The notes beneath the pieces were generated by a model. The model had not been told where the DNA came from and did not search any database. It saw only the letters and a list, made by a program, of their open reading frames with translations. From contig NIVC01005036.1 in NCBI GenBank assembly GCA_002269645.1, positions 1 to 28,125 of the forward strand: a DNA stretch of 28,125 nucleotides, given 5' to 3'. The DNA comes from Macrostomum lignano (Eukaryota). Both the position numbers and the translations under genes were made by a program. Positions within the stretch are counted from its first letter, which is position 1; the number at the start of each line of letters is the position of its first letter. This document shows positions 1 to 8,494 of this stretch, piece after piece.

Positions 1-380
1 CCAGAAGGGAGAGTGCAGGTGAGATGGAGAGGAGATGGATAGTGAGAGTGGGTATGAGAAGGTGAGTGGATATGAGGGAGAGTGGAGGGTATGAGAGGCA
101 GAGTGGAGGGTATGAGAGGCAGAGTGGAGGTGTGAGAGGCAGAGTGAAGGATGTGTGAGAGATAGAATGGAGGGTGCGAGAAGCAGAGTGGGGGTGTGAG
201 AGGCAGAGTGGAGGGTGAGAGAAAGAGTGGAGGTTAAGGGAGGCAGAGTGGAGGTGTGAGAGAAAGAGTGAGGTGTGAGGCAGGGTGGAGGTTGTGAGAG
301 GGAGAGTGGAGGGTGTGAGAGGGAGAGTGGAGGTGTGAGAGGGAGAGAAGAGGGTGTGAGAGGCAGAGTGGAGGGTGTGA
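1..380. repeat. Degenerate purine-rich minisatellite (~21-bp unit GAGAGGCAGAGTGGAGGGTGT), truncated by window start
   Basis: Repeated gagaggcagagtggagg(g)tgt units with variants. Confidence 0.85.
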
Positions 381-1139
381 GGGACAAAATAAGTTTTATA
401 CGGTATAAAGTAAGTAGCCAGTTCTACTAAAGTAAATTTGGTAGAAGTAAATATATAACCCTTTAATAGAATGTAATACATCTCTATTACATGTATTATG
501 CATTTGAATTGGCCAACATGTGCGAAGCCTATAAATTTTTGGATAGATTGTGACCGAATTTAGCTACTTAGCTGCGTAAACTACATGTAATTGATGAAGA
601 AACGATAAAAAATTCAGGTGTTGGCCTACTACTATACAGTTCATGCGTGTTTTACCGGTATAGATTATTGCATGTTTATTCGACAGTTCAGTATTGCTGC
701 ATCTGAACATATCGCACAGGTGTGATGCAAATCTGCACTGGCAGTATTGCATATACACGTGTATATCTGGCTATGTGGCTACCGTTTCTCACCAAATTTG
801 ACGCAAAGTTTATACATGCATTTGAAGTAGTCAGTAGTGTTTGAGTAGTAAATTAAATAAAAAGCGAGTCGCTTTGATGAGTTCGTATTTATATTATGAA
901 AACAATTTGAGTTTTAGCTTCTGTTCAGAATTTAACAGTGGTACTATGAAAGTGTAAGGCATAGTGTAAGGCACATTTTCAACACTTATAATAAATCTGC
1001 TTAATACATGTACAAGTGTAACTTATGTTCATTCAAACTTACATAACTCTTGTGTTGCTAGCCAATACATTTAGAATGTACAATTAGTTGGCATTTGCAA
1101 GTACATGTAGGCTACATGTAAATAACCCTTTTCCCATTC

Positions 1140-1738
1140 ACTGTCTGTCACTGCCAACCGTCTGTCACTGCTAACTGTCACTATTAATTGTCACTGCTAA
1201 CTGTCACTGCTAACTGTCACTGTTAACTGTCACTTAATTGTCACTGCTAACTGTCACTGCTAACTGTCACTGCTAACTGTCACTGTTAACTGTCACTTAA
1301 TTGTCACTGCTAACTGTCACTGCTAACTGTCACTGTTAACTGTCACTTAATTGTCACTGCTAACTGTCACTGCTAACTGTCACTGTTAACTGTCACTTAA
1401 TTGTCACTGCTAACTGTCACTGCTGACTGTCACTGCTAACTGTCACTGCTAACTGTCACTGTTAACTGTCACTGTTAACTGTCACTTAATTGTCACTGCT
1501 AACTGTCACTGCTAACTGTCACTGTTAACTGTCACTTAATTGTCACTGCTAACTGTCACTGCTAACTGTCACTGCTAACTGTCACTGTTAACTGTCACTT
1601 AATTGTCACTGCTAACTGTCACTGCTAACTGTCACTTAATTGTCACTGCTAACTGTCACTACAACTGTCACTGTTAACTGTCACTGCTAACTGTCACTAC
1701 AACTGTCACTGTTAACTGTCACTGCTAACTGTCACTGC
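1140..1738. repeat. 13-bp minisatellite (GCTAACTGTCACT) with a ~50-bp higher-order unit (11+13+13+13)
   Basis: Direct reading; the variant TAATTGTCACT recurs at 50/63-bp spacing. Confidence 0.97.
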
Positions 1739-1936
1739 GAAGCTGTTGCAGCCTACGTCAACGTTCTGATGGACATGCAGGATGCTGACTGGTCTGCTGC
1801 ATTTCACTCGTGGTTTCAGCGTATGGAAAAGTGCATAGGTGCTGCAGGCGACTACTTCGAACAGGCCTAGCGCTGATTTTGATTTCTGAAGTTCAGAAGC
1901 TAGTGAGGCTAAAGCCTTTCGGAGTGGACCCTCGTA
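1739..1936 (+). mobile_element. 5'-truncated mariner (Tc1/mariner) fragment: transposase C-terminus, right TIR and TA target site
   Basis: 1739..1870 translates to EAVAAYVNVLMDMQDADWSAAFHSWFQRMEKCIGAAGDYFEQA*, matching the mariner C-terminal pattern W...F..WF.RM.KCI...G.YFE. The element ends ...GGAGTGGACCCTCG|TA (reverse complement TA|CGAGGG, a typical mariner terminus). Confidence 0.8.
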
Positions 1937-2437
1937 TGCATAGTTTTGTTATCTTTGTGAAAACACAACAAGAAATTCAAAAAATTGGTTCTGAATTTGA
2001 GCAATCAAATATGCCTGGCCGTAGATGGGAGTAGATTGAGGGACTCCACTTGGTTAAATTTCGGTTTCGGTGAGCACAGAGAATCAGTTGCTTCTGCCTC
2101 AGTACGAGTATAGCTCGTAATCAATTTTTTAATTTGAAGGTCGGTGAAAAATGCTATACCGTAGCCTGGTAGGTTGACTGTATAAGTGAAGTGAGTTGCT
2201 ATATAGGTGAAAATAAATAAAGAAGAAGTCTGATTTTCTCTGTATATTTTTGGGCATTTGACGTTCCATTGTTTCTACTGAGTCAGTAGACTGTGAAGGA
2301 GAAGGCGTAAAAATATGTGAATTTTGTAATTAACGAAATTTCTGTAACGAGTCAATATTGAAAAAATCTGTCGCTCAAAATTCTGTTGTCTGTGAAGATT
2401 CTGTACAGATTCGTTCTCAATTTTCTCAGCGGGTACC

Positions 2438-2521
2438 TGACACTGCCACTGCCAACTGTCACTGACAACTGTCACTGCCAACTGTCACTACCAACTGTCA
2501 CTGTCACTGCCACTGCTGTCA
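2438..2521. repeat. Short second copy of the 13-bp ACTGTCACTG(C/A) minisatellite family
   Basis: Units gccaactgtcact/gacaactgtcact, same orientation as 1140..1738. Confidence 0.85.
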
Positions 2522-3043
2522 CCTCCCGGAACCCGGCCGCTCCGGCAGCGTCGCCACCCCCTTGGGCAGCTCCTCGCCCTCCGAGCACACTTGATTCTCG
2601 TCCTCGTCGTCTTCAGTTTGAAATCCGCCGCCGCCGAGGCCGTTCCCTCCGGCGGAGTTCGGCGCCGAGGCCGTGTAGGAAAGAAGGTCGGCCCGACGCT
2701 CGTGGAAACCTTTGTTACCGCCGCCGCCTCCATCGCCACCGCCGCCGCCGGAGCCCTTGCGCCGCGGCAGCTGCTGCTGGCGACCGGAGACCAGCAGCTG
2801 ATCGGCGCTTGTTGGCTGTGACTGCGCCGGCGCCGCCTGTTGCATCGGCAGCGGCGCCAGAACGGCGCCAGGCGCGTCGGCCGCGTACATCACTGAGGCC
2901 TGGTGCAGCACGGCAGCCTGACGCTGCGCTGTCTGTCGCAGGAAGCACTCATCTTTGACCGCGTGAAGGCTGCGTTTGAGTACGGCGAACTTCTTCTCCC
3001 AGGCCTGGTCCGACTTGCGGGCCTCAGCGCGCAGGCGGCCAAT
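2519..3043 (-). CDS. C10orf67: C10orf67-like coiled-coil protein, exon 5 (probable terminal coding exon)
   Basis: Acceptor ctgcag| at 3045-3044, phase 0. Encodes IGRLRAEARKSDQAWEKKFAVLKRSLHAVKDECFLRQTAQRQAAVLHQASVMY, which resembles the recalled human C10orf67 C-terminal block ([32 protein letters not shown]). TGA at 2521-2519; the exact 3' end is uncertain. Confidence 0.78.
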   Translation of the reverse strand: MGRLRAEARKSDQAWEKKFAVLKRSLHAVKDECFLRQTAQRQAAVLHQASVMYAADAPGAVLAPLPMQQAAPAQSQPTSADQLLVSGRQQQLPRRKGSGGGGGDGGGGGNKGFHERRADLLSYTASAPNSAGGNGLGGGGFQTEDDEDENQVCSEGEELPKGVATLPERPGSGR

Positions 3044-3055
3044 CTGCAGTTTTCG

Positions 3056-3572
3056 TGGGTCATTTGGTCATTTTGTCATTGGGTCATTCCATCATTGGGT
3101 CATTTGGTCATTGGGTCATTTGGTCATTGGGTCATTTGGTCATTGGGTCATTTGGTCATTGGGTCATTTGGTCATTGGGTCATTTGGTCATTGGGTCATT
3201 TTGTCATTGGGTCATTTTGTCATTGGGTCATTTTGTCATTGGGTCATTTTGTCATTGGGTCATTTTGTCATTGGGTCATTTTGTCATTGGGTCATTGGGT
3301 CATTGGGTCATTTGGTCATTGGGTCATTTGGTCATTGGGTCATTGGGTCATTCCGTCATTGGGTCATTTGGTCATTGGGTCATTTGGTCATTGAGTCATT
3401 TGGTCATTGGGTCATTTGGTCATTGGGTCATTTTGTCATTGGGTCATTTTGTCATTGGGTCATTTGGTCATTGGGTCATTTTGTCATTGGGTCATTTGGT
3501 CATTGGGTCATTTTGTCATTGGGTCATTTGGTCATTGGGTCATTTTGTCATTGGGTCATTTGGTCATTGGGT
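3056..3572. repeat. 8/16-bp minisatellite (GGGTCATT-TGGTCATT) filling intron 4
   Basis: Direct reading; occupies about 90% of intron 3044..3611. Confidence 0.97.
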
Positions 3573-3611
3573 CCCCAAGTCACCTATGCCCAGCCCCCCA
3601 TTCCCACCGAC

Positions 3612-3983
3612 CTGCCTCCGCAGCTCCTCCTCGCTGCGCCTCAGCTTCTCCACGTCCTTCAGCTGCGCCATTCGCTCGGCGTTGTCTCGCCGTTCGGCTT
3701 CGAGCGTCGATTTAGCCTCGGCGAGTTCACGGCGAACGGCGCCGAGTCGCTCGTCGGCCTCCTGGCGCTCTCGATCGGCGGCCGCGGCGGCTTCGGCGAG
3801 AGCGGCGCCCCGCGCCTCGGCAGCGGCTTCGGCGGCGGCCTCGGCGGCTCCAGTGCCGGCGCGGCGCCGCTCGGCCTCGAGCTGCTCAGTGGCGGCCGCC
3901 CAAGCCTCCATCTTGGCGTCCAGCGCCGATTGCAGCTTCTCGGCTTCATCGCGAAATTTGGCCGCCTCCTCCAGAGCGGCCGT
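3612..3983 (-). CDS. C10orf67: C10orf67-like protein, exon 4 (Ala/Glu-rich coiled coil)
   Basis: Acceptor ttcaccag| and donor CAG|GTCGGT; 372 nt, phase 0/0; TAALEEAAKF...EEELRRQ. Confidence 0.78.
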
Positions 3984-4082
3984 CTGGTGAATCACAAAAT
4001 CGGGCAGGGGGAGATTTACTACTGACAAGTAGCGAGTGCAGGGTTTATAGAATTTCATCAAATATTTCAGAAACAGCCGTAC

Positions 4083-4493
4083 CTTCTCCGCAGTCAGCTG
4101 ATCCGTCAGCTGATCCGCCTTCGCCAGCTCCTTCTCCAGCTTGCTGACTGTCTTCTCCAGCTCTTCAACGTCGACCTTGGCCGGCTTCTGCTCCTGCGGC
4201 TGCGCCTTCGACTGGTGCGCCATCATCTGCTGCTGCAGCTGCAGCTCCGCCGACTGGGCCTGCTGGCGCTTCGCCGAGTCGGCCAGCTCTGCGTCCGCCT
4301 CGGCCAGGGCTTCGTTTAGCCGGCCAACTTCTGTCTGCAGGTTGGCCACCTGGGCTTCGAGTTCGAGCACCCGGTTGCGCAGCTTCCTGGCCGCCGCTGG
4401 GCTCAGCGACTCCTGCTGGGACGGCTGCGGCGCCTGCGACGACGCGGCGTCCTGCTTGCGCTTGCCAAACCCGGAGTCGTACATGCGGTGCAC
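4083..4493 (-). CDS. C10orf67: C10orf67-like protein, exon 3 (coiled coil)
   Basis: Acceptor ctctccccgccccag| and donor AAG|GTACGG; 411 nt, phase 0/0; VHRMYDSG...LTAEK; followed by a 99-nt intron (4082..3984). Confidence 0.82.
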
Positions 4494-4514
4494 CTGGGGC
4501 GGGGAGAGGCGATG

Positions 4515-4935
4515 ATCGACTCAGATCCCAGCCTCCTAGCATCATCCGATCAGATCCGCCTCACGACATCATCTCGGATCCCAGCCTACAGCCTCATCGC
4601 AAGATTCTATCCTCCCAACCTCATCTCGGATCCCCCGCCTCTCAACCTCATCTCGGATCCCAGCCTCTCAACCTCATCTCAGATTCTATACTCTAATCAT
4701 CATCAGGGATCCCAGCCTTTCAACCTCATCTCCAGATTCTATTCTCTAAACATCATCTCGGATCCCAGCCTCTCAACCTAATCTCCAGATTCTATCCTCT
4801 AAACATCATCTCGGATTCCTGATTCTCGACCTCATCTCCAGATTCTATCCTCTAAACGTCATCTCGGATTTCAGATTCTCAACTTCATCTCCAGATTTTA
4901 TCTTCTAAGCATCTCCCAGATTCTCAACCTCATCT
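4515..4935. repeat. Degenerate 26/27-bp alternating minisatellite (TCATCTCGGATCCCAGCCTCTCAACC / TCATCTCCAGATTCTATCCTCTAAACA)
   Basis: Repeated tcatctc...gat(t/c)c units next to the exon-3 acceptor. Confidence 0.85.
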
Positions 4936-5296
4936 TTCTTGGTTGAAAGAAAGGAAACTAAAAAACAGACGTTGTCCAAATGTGTTTGAAAAACATGTGC
5001 AGCAAGCTGTGCTAATTTTAGACTAAATTGACACCAGCCATAGACTATTAAATAGCAAAGCTATACTCGTATGTGTAACTATATTTTGTATTTGGTGTCA
5101 TACACGTGTAGTGCACTTCTAGGCGCCTTTGGTCACTGGTGTACAACAGCACCAACACACTTAGAAGAGACCTTCTGAGAAAGTACACGGATGCGATACA
5201 GCCTTCTCAAACCGATTTAAGGTAAACCGCGAGAAATGCCCGCCTGGCAACGGCAGCTGTTGTACTCATCTGAGTTCGCGAACGCCTAAAAGAGCC

Positions 5297-6799
5297 ATGG
5301 CCGATCAGCAAAATCGAAAGTCCAAAACCAGCCGCAAGGCCTCGTTGGACTCGGTTCGGCCAAAGAAGCCGCCACGAGACGATGAATATGCTCAGCAGCC
5401 TCCGCCACCGACGCCTCCGTCGCTTCCCGTGTCGGAGTACCCGACAGCCCGAGCACTACACGCCTACACAGCCGAATCAGCGGACGAGTTGGACTTTAAA
5501 AAGGACGACGTCCTGGACATCATCAGCGACCTCAGCAAGGGCTGGTGGTACGCCAGACGGCACCGGGGCAACAAGCTGGGCTACGTGCCCAGCAACTACG
5601 TCCTGTTGAACAACGCGGAAGTGACCCAGCAGCCGGGCTGGATGGAGATCACCCGGTCGGAGGCTGACAAACTGCTGCTCCAGCCGGGCCTGCCAGAGGG
5701 CCTGTTCGTGCTCAGGCCCTGCTCAGTTGGCTGCTACTCCATCAGCCTCCGAGTGAAGCACCCCACCAAGCCCAACTTCTACTCAGTGCAGCACTATCGA
5801 ATGTCCATCACCTCCGCCGGGCTGTTCTGCATCTCGCCGGAGGCCACCTTCCACTCTGTCGGCGAGCTGCTTGCTCACTACGCACAGACTGCGGACGGCA
5901 TGGCCTGCAAGCTGATGAAGCCGTTCCCGCAGCCTCCACCGCCGCCTCCAGCGGACCTCAGCCAGCTCGAGGTGAACCGAGACTGCTTCGTCATGTTGGA
6001 AGTTATCGGCCACGGCTCGTTCAGCGAGGTGCACCAGGCCAAGTTCAACAACTCCATCTTCGTGGCGGTGAAAACTCTCAAGCCAAACATGGAGGCTGAG
6101 CAGAACTTCATCCAGGAGGCGCGCCTGCTTTTGAAAGCTCACCATCCGCATGTGCTGCAAATCATGGGTGTTTGCACCGACCGAGAGCCGCTGTACATCG
6201 TCACGGAGCTCATGACCAACGGCTCCCTGTTGAACTATCTGCGCAAAGACAAAGGCGTCCTGCTGAACATTGAGCACCTCCTGCTCATGAAGATGCAGCT
6301 GGTGGAGGCCATGTCCCACCTGGAGAGTCTGCGGATTGTCCACCGGGACCTGCGCGCCGCCAACGTCCTTGTCGGCGAGGACGCGAGAGTGAAGCTGGCC
6401 GACTTCGGTCTGGCTCGCGAGCTGGACGACGCCGGGGTGTACACCGGCCAAGGCGAGAAGTTCCCAGCTAAGTGGACACCTTCCGAGGCCGTGACGAAAG
6501 GCAGGTTCACCGCCAAGTCCGATGTCTGGTCGTTCGGCGTGGTGATGTGGGAGATCGTCACCTACGGCGGCGTGCCCTATCAGGGCCTGCAGAACCGCGA
6601 GGCGGTCGAGCTGGTCTCCAAGGGCTACCGGATGCCGAATCCGCACGGCGGGCACATCCGGTGCGACCCCAGCCTGTACCAAATCATGCTGGACTGCTGG
6701 AGTGCCAGCCCAGAGAAGAGACCAACGTTTGCTAAACTGAAAGACCAGCTCAAGGCCTACGCGGCTGAAAAGCACAGAGCGTCGCGCAGACGCGTTTAA
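5297..6799 (+). CDS. Src-family-like non-receptor tyrosine kinase (SH3-SH2-kinase), 500 aa, uninterrupted CDS, nested antisense in intron 2 of the C10orf67-like gene
   Basis: SH3 ALHAY...ELDF...GWW...GYVPSNYV; SH2 FVLR...YSISLR; kinase GHGSFSEV, VAVK, alphaC Glu (FIQEA), HRDLRAAN (SFK-type RAA), DFG, activation-loop Tyr (GVYT), KWTPSE, DVWSFG, RPTF; gccATGG start context. Confidence 0.96.
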   Translation: MADQQNRKSKTSRKASLDSVRPKKPPRDDEYAQQPPPPTPPSLPVSEYPTARALHAYTAESADELDFKKDDVLDIISDLSKGWWYARRHRGNKLGYVPSNYVLLNNAEVTQQPGWMEITRSEADKLLLQPGLPEGLFVLRPCSVGCYSISLRVKHPTKPNFYSVQHYRMSITSAGLFCISPEATFHSVGELLAHYAQTADGMACKLMKPFPQPPPPPPADLSQLEVNRDCFVMLEVIGHGSFSEVHQAKFNNSIFVAVKTLKPNMEAEQNFIQEARLLLKAHHPHVLQIMGVCTDREPLYIVTELMTNGSLLNYLRKDKGVLLNIEHLLLMKMQLVEAMSHLESLRIVHRDLRAANVLVGEDARVKLADFGLARELDDAGVYTGQGEKFPAKWTPSEAVTKGRFTAKSDVWSFGVVMWEIVTYGGVPYQGLQNREAVELVSKGYRMPNPHGGHIRCDPSLYQIMLDCWSASPEKRPTFAKLKDQLKAYAAEKHRASRRRV

Positions 6800-7119
6800 A
6801 CAAAACGACTTATTAATTTGTTAATTTGAATCGTTCAGTTGAGTTCATTCTTCTCTTCGGCCGGGTTATTTCTGCTTTCAGATAATTTCTTCATTTTCTA
6901 TTTCTCGTGCAAAAACATTTGCATAAAATTTTCTTTGTTTGCTTTTTGGTTCTTTAAATTTGAGTTGAAATTGATCGATATGTTTACAGAGAAGGTTCAG
7001 TTACATTCTATCAATGAGAGAAATTGACACTAGGCAAAAATTCTACTGCGTGCAAGCAATAACAGCGATGCCAAATTTAAGCATAAAGGCATCATCAGTA
7101 CAAGGCTGTCAGTTTAAAT

Positions 7120-7468
7120 ACGGCAGGCAGGCACCAGTTTAAACAAAGAGGAGCCTGTTTAAAAAATGGCGCCAGATTAAACAAAAAGGTGACTGTTTAA
7201 ATATAATGGCGCCAGTTTAAACAAAGTAGCCTGTTTAAATATAATGGCACCAGCTTAAACAAAGTGGAGCCAATTTAAACTAAATGGCGCTAGTTTAATC
7301 AAAGAGGAGCCTATTTAAATGAAATGGCGCCAATTTAAACAACAGGGAGCTTGTTTAAATAAAATGGCGTCAGATTGAACACAGAGGAGCCTGTTTAAAC
7401 GAAATGGCGCCAGTTAAAACAAAAAGAAGCTTGTTTAAACAAAGAGGAGCTTGTTTAAATAAAATAGA
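7120..7468. repeat. 40-bp (2x20) minisatellite GGCGCCAGTTTAAACAAAGA-GGAGCCTGTTTAAATAAAAT with an internal inverted repeat
   Basis: About 8 units; TTTAAACA...TGTTTAAA 8-bp stem with 10-nt loop (e.g. 7138..7163). Confidence 0.9.
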
Positions 7469-7542
7469 GGAGGAGGTCCTGGCTTACAGAATAAGCAGAT
7501 TTTTCTTGCAACTCCCTGAGAGCAATCTCATTATTTTCTCAC

Positions 7543-7692
7543 CTTGATCACTGCCTCATCCATCTCTGCCCGATGCGCCTTCCGCGCTCTGTCCAGCTGT
7601 TTAACGTAGGACCTCTCCAGCCTGTTAATCTGCTCGTTCATGTGCGCCTGCAGGTTCACCGCCCGGCCTCGGATCTCCTCTTCCAGTTGGGC
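7543..7692 (-). CDS. C10orf67: C10orf67-like protein, exon 2
   Basis: Not in the ORF track; read by hand. Acceptor gaccacag|, donor AAG|GTGAGA, 150 nt, phase 0/0: AQLEEEIRGRAVNLQAHMNEQINRLERSYVKQLDRARKAHRAEMDEAVIK. Joins exons 1 and 3 in frame. Confidence 0.8.
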
Positions 7693-7699
7693 CTGTGGT

Positions 7700-8052
7700 C
7701 ATGGTTTATGAGCGGTTAATGAACTGACTTTGTATGAGCAGTTAATAAACTGTCAGAGGTGATTTACAGCAGTGAGTGACCTGACTGAAGCTAAGGTCAT
7801 AATAAGAAAAGGCCTATGAGCGGTGAATGACCTGACTCTATGAGCAAAGAATGGTGATGAACAGCAAATGACCTGACTCTATGAGCAAAGAGTGATGATG
7901 AACAGCAAATGACCTGACTCTATGAGCAAAGAATGGTGATGAACAGCAAATGACCTGACTCTATGAGCAGAGAGTGATGATGAACAGCAAATGACCTGAC
8001 TCTATGAGCAAAGAGTGATGATGAACAGCAAATGACCTGACTCTATGAGCAG
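7700..8052. repeat. 41-bp minisatellite (ATGACCTGACTCTATGAGCAAAGAGTGATGATGAACAGCAA) filling intron 1, degenerate toward 7700
   Basis: atgacctgact recurs at 7868, 7909, 7950, 7991, 8032. Confidence 0.93.
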
Positions 8053-8077
8053 AGACAATTTATTAAAATCAATTAAC

Positions 8078-8494
8078 CTGCAGGTAGCCGCTGGTGAGTC
8101 CGAATTCTCGTTTGAGCTCGGCTGCCCGGGCCCTCAGCGCTAGCAGAGACGCCGTCAGCTCGTTCAACGGCCGGATCTCGCTGCTGTCAGTGTTGGTGGC
8201 GCGGTCTCCGCTGTGCTTGCCGATTTTCAGCTGGTCGGAGATGGCTGGCGGTCGGAAATCCTCCTCGTCTGATGACGAATCTTCAACTGGCCGCTCAGCT
8301 TCCTGTACCTGTGCTGGATCATCTGCGTCAGCTTCTTCCGGTTGCTTGACTGCAGCATCCGCATCCTCCAGCGGTCTCTGTTCCTCGCCATCGGCGGCTT
8401 CCGCTTCAGTCTCGTCTGCTTCGGCAATGGCTTGCGGGATGTGCGCCGCGGCGCTCTTGTTATTGGCCGCCACAATGTCAATTGCGTCAGACAT
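8078..8494 (-). CDS. C10orf67: C10orf67-like (DUF4709-family) protein, exon 1
   Basis: ATG at 8494, donor CAG|GTTAAT, 417 nt, phase 0. Contains FRPPAISDQLKIGKHSGDRATNTDSSEI, closely resembling the recalled human C10orf67 [23 protein letters not shown]. Homology is from memory, not a search. Confidence 0.82.

Noticed and set aside
2090-2119. CTCAGTACGAG match to LSU rRNA and a TACGAG-tatag-CTCGTA hairpin resembling joined mariner ends
   Set aside because: Only 11 nt match rRNA and the flanks do not; a 6-bp stem is expected by chance
3582-3584. Alternative donor ATAG|GTGACT for exon 4
   Set aside because: Phase 1; splicing to 3043 gives an early stop and loses the conserved WEKKF block, whereas the donor at 3611 is in frame
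2903-3715. Plus-strand ORFs of 102-349 aa (SLGHWVIG repeats)
   Set aside because: Stop-free readings of the 8/16-bp array, running into the antisense of real exon 4
3564-4493. 309-aa ORF as a single exon
   Set aside because: It reads through the 99-nt intron (4082..3984, clear GT-AG sites) and past the donor at 3611
5783-6775. 330-aa minus-strand ORF
   Set aside because: Antisense shadow of the GC3-rich kinase CDS with no recognisable motifs
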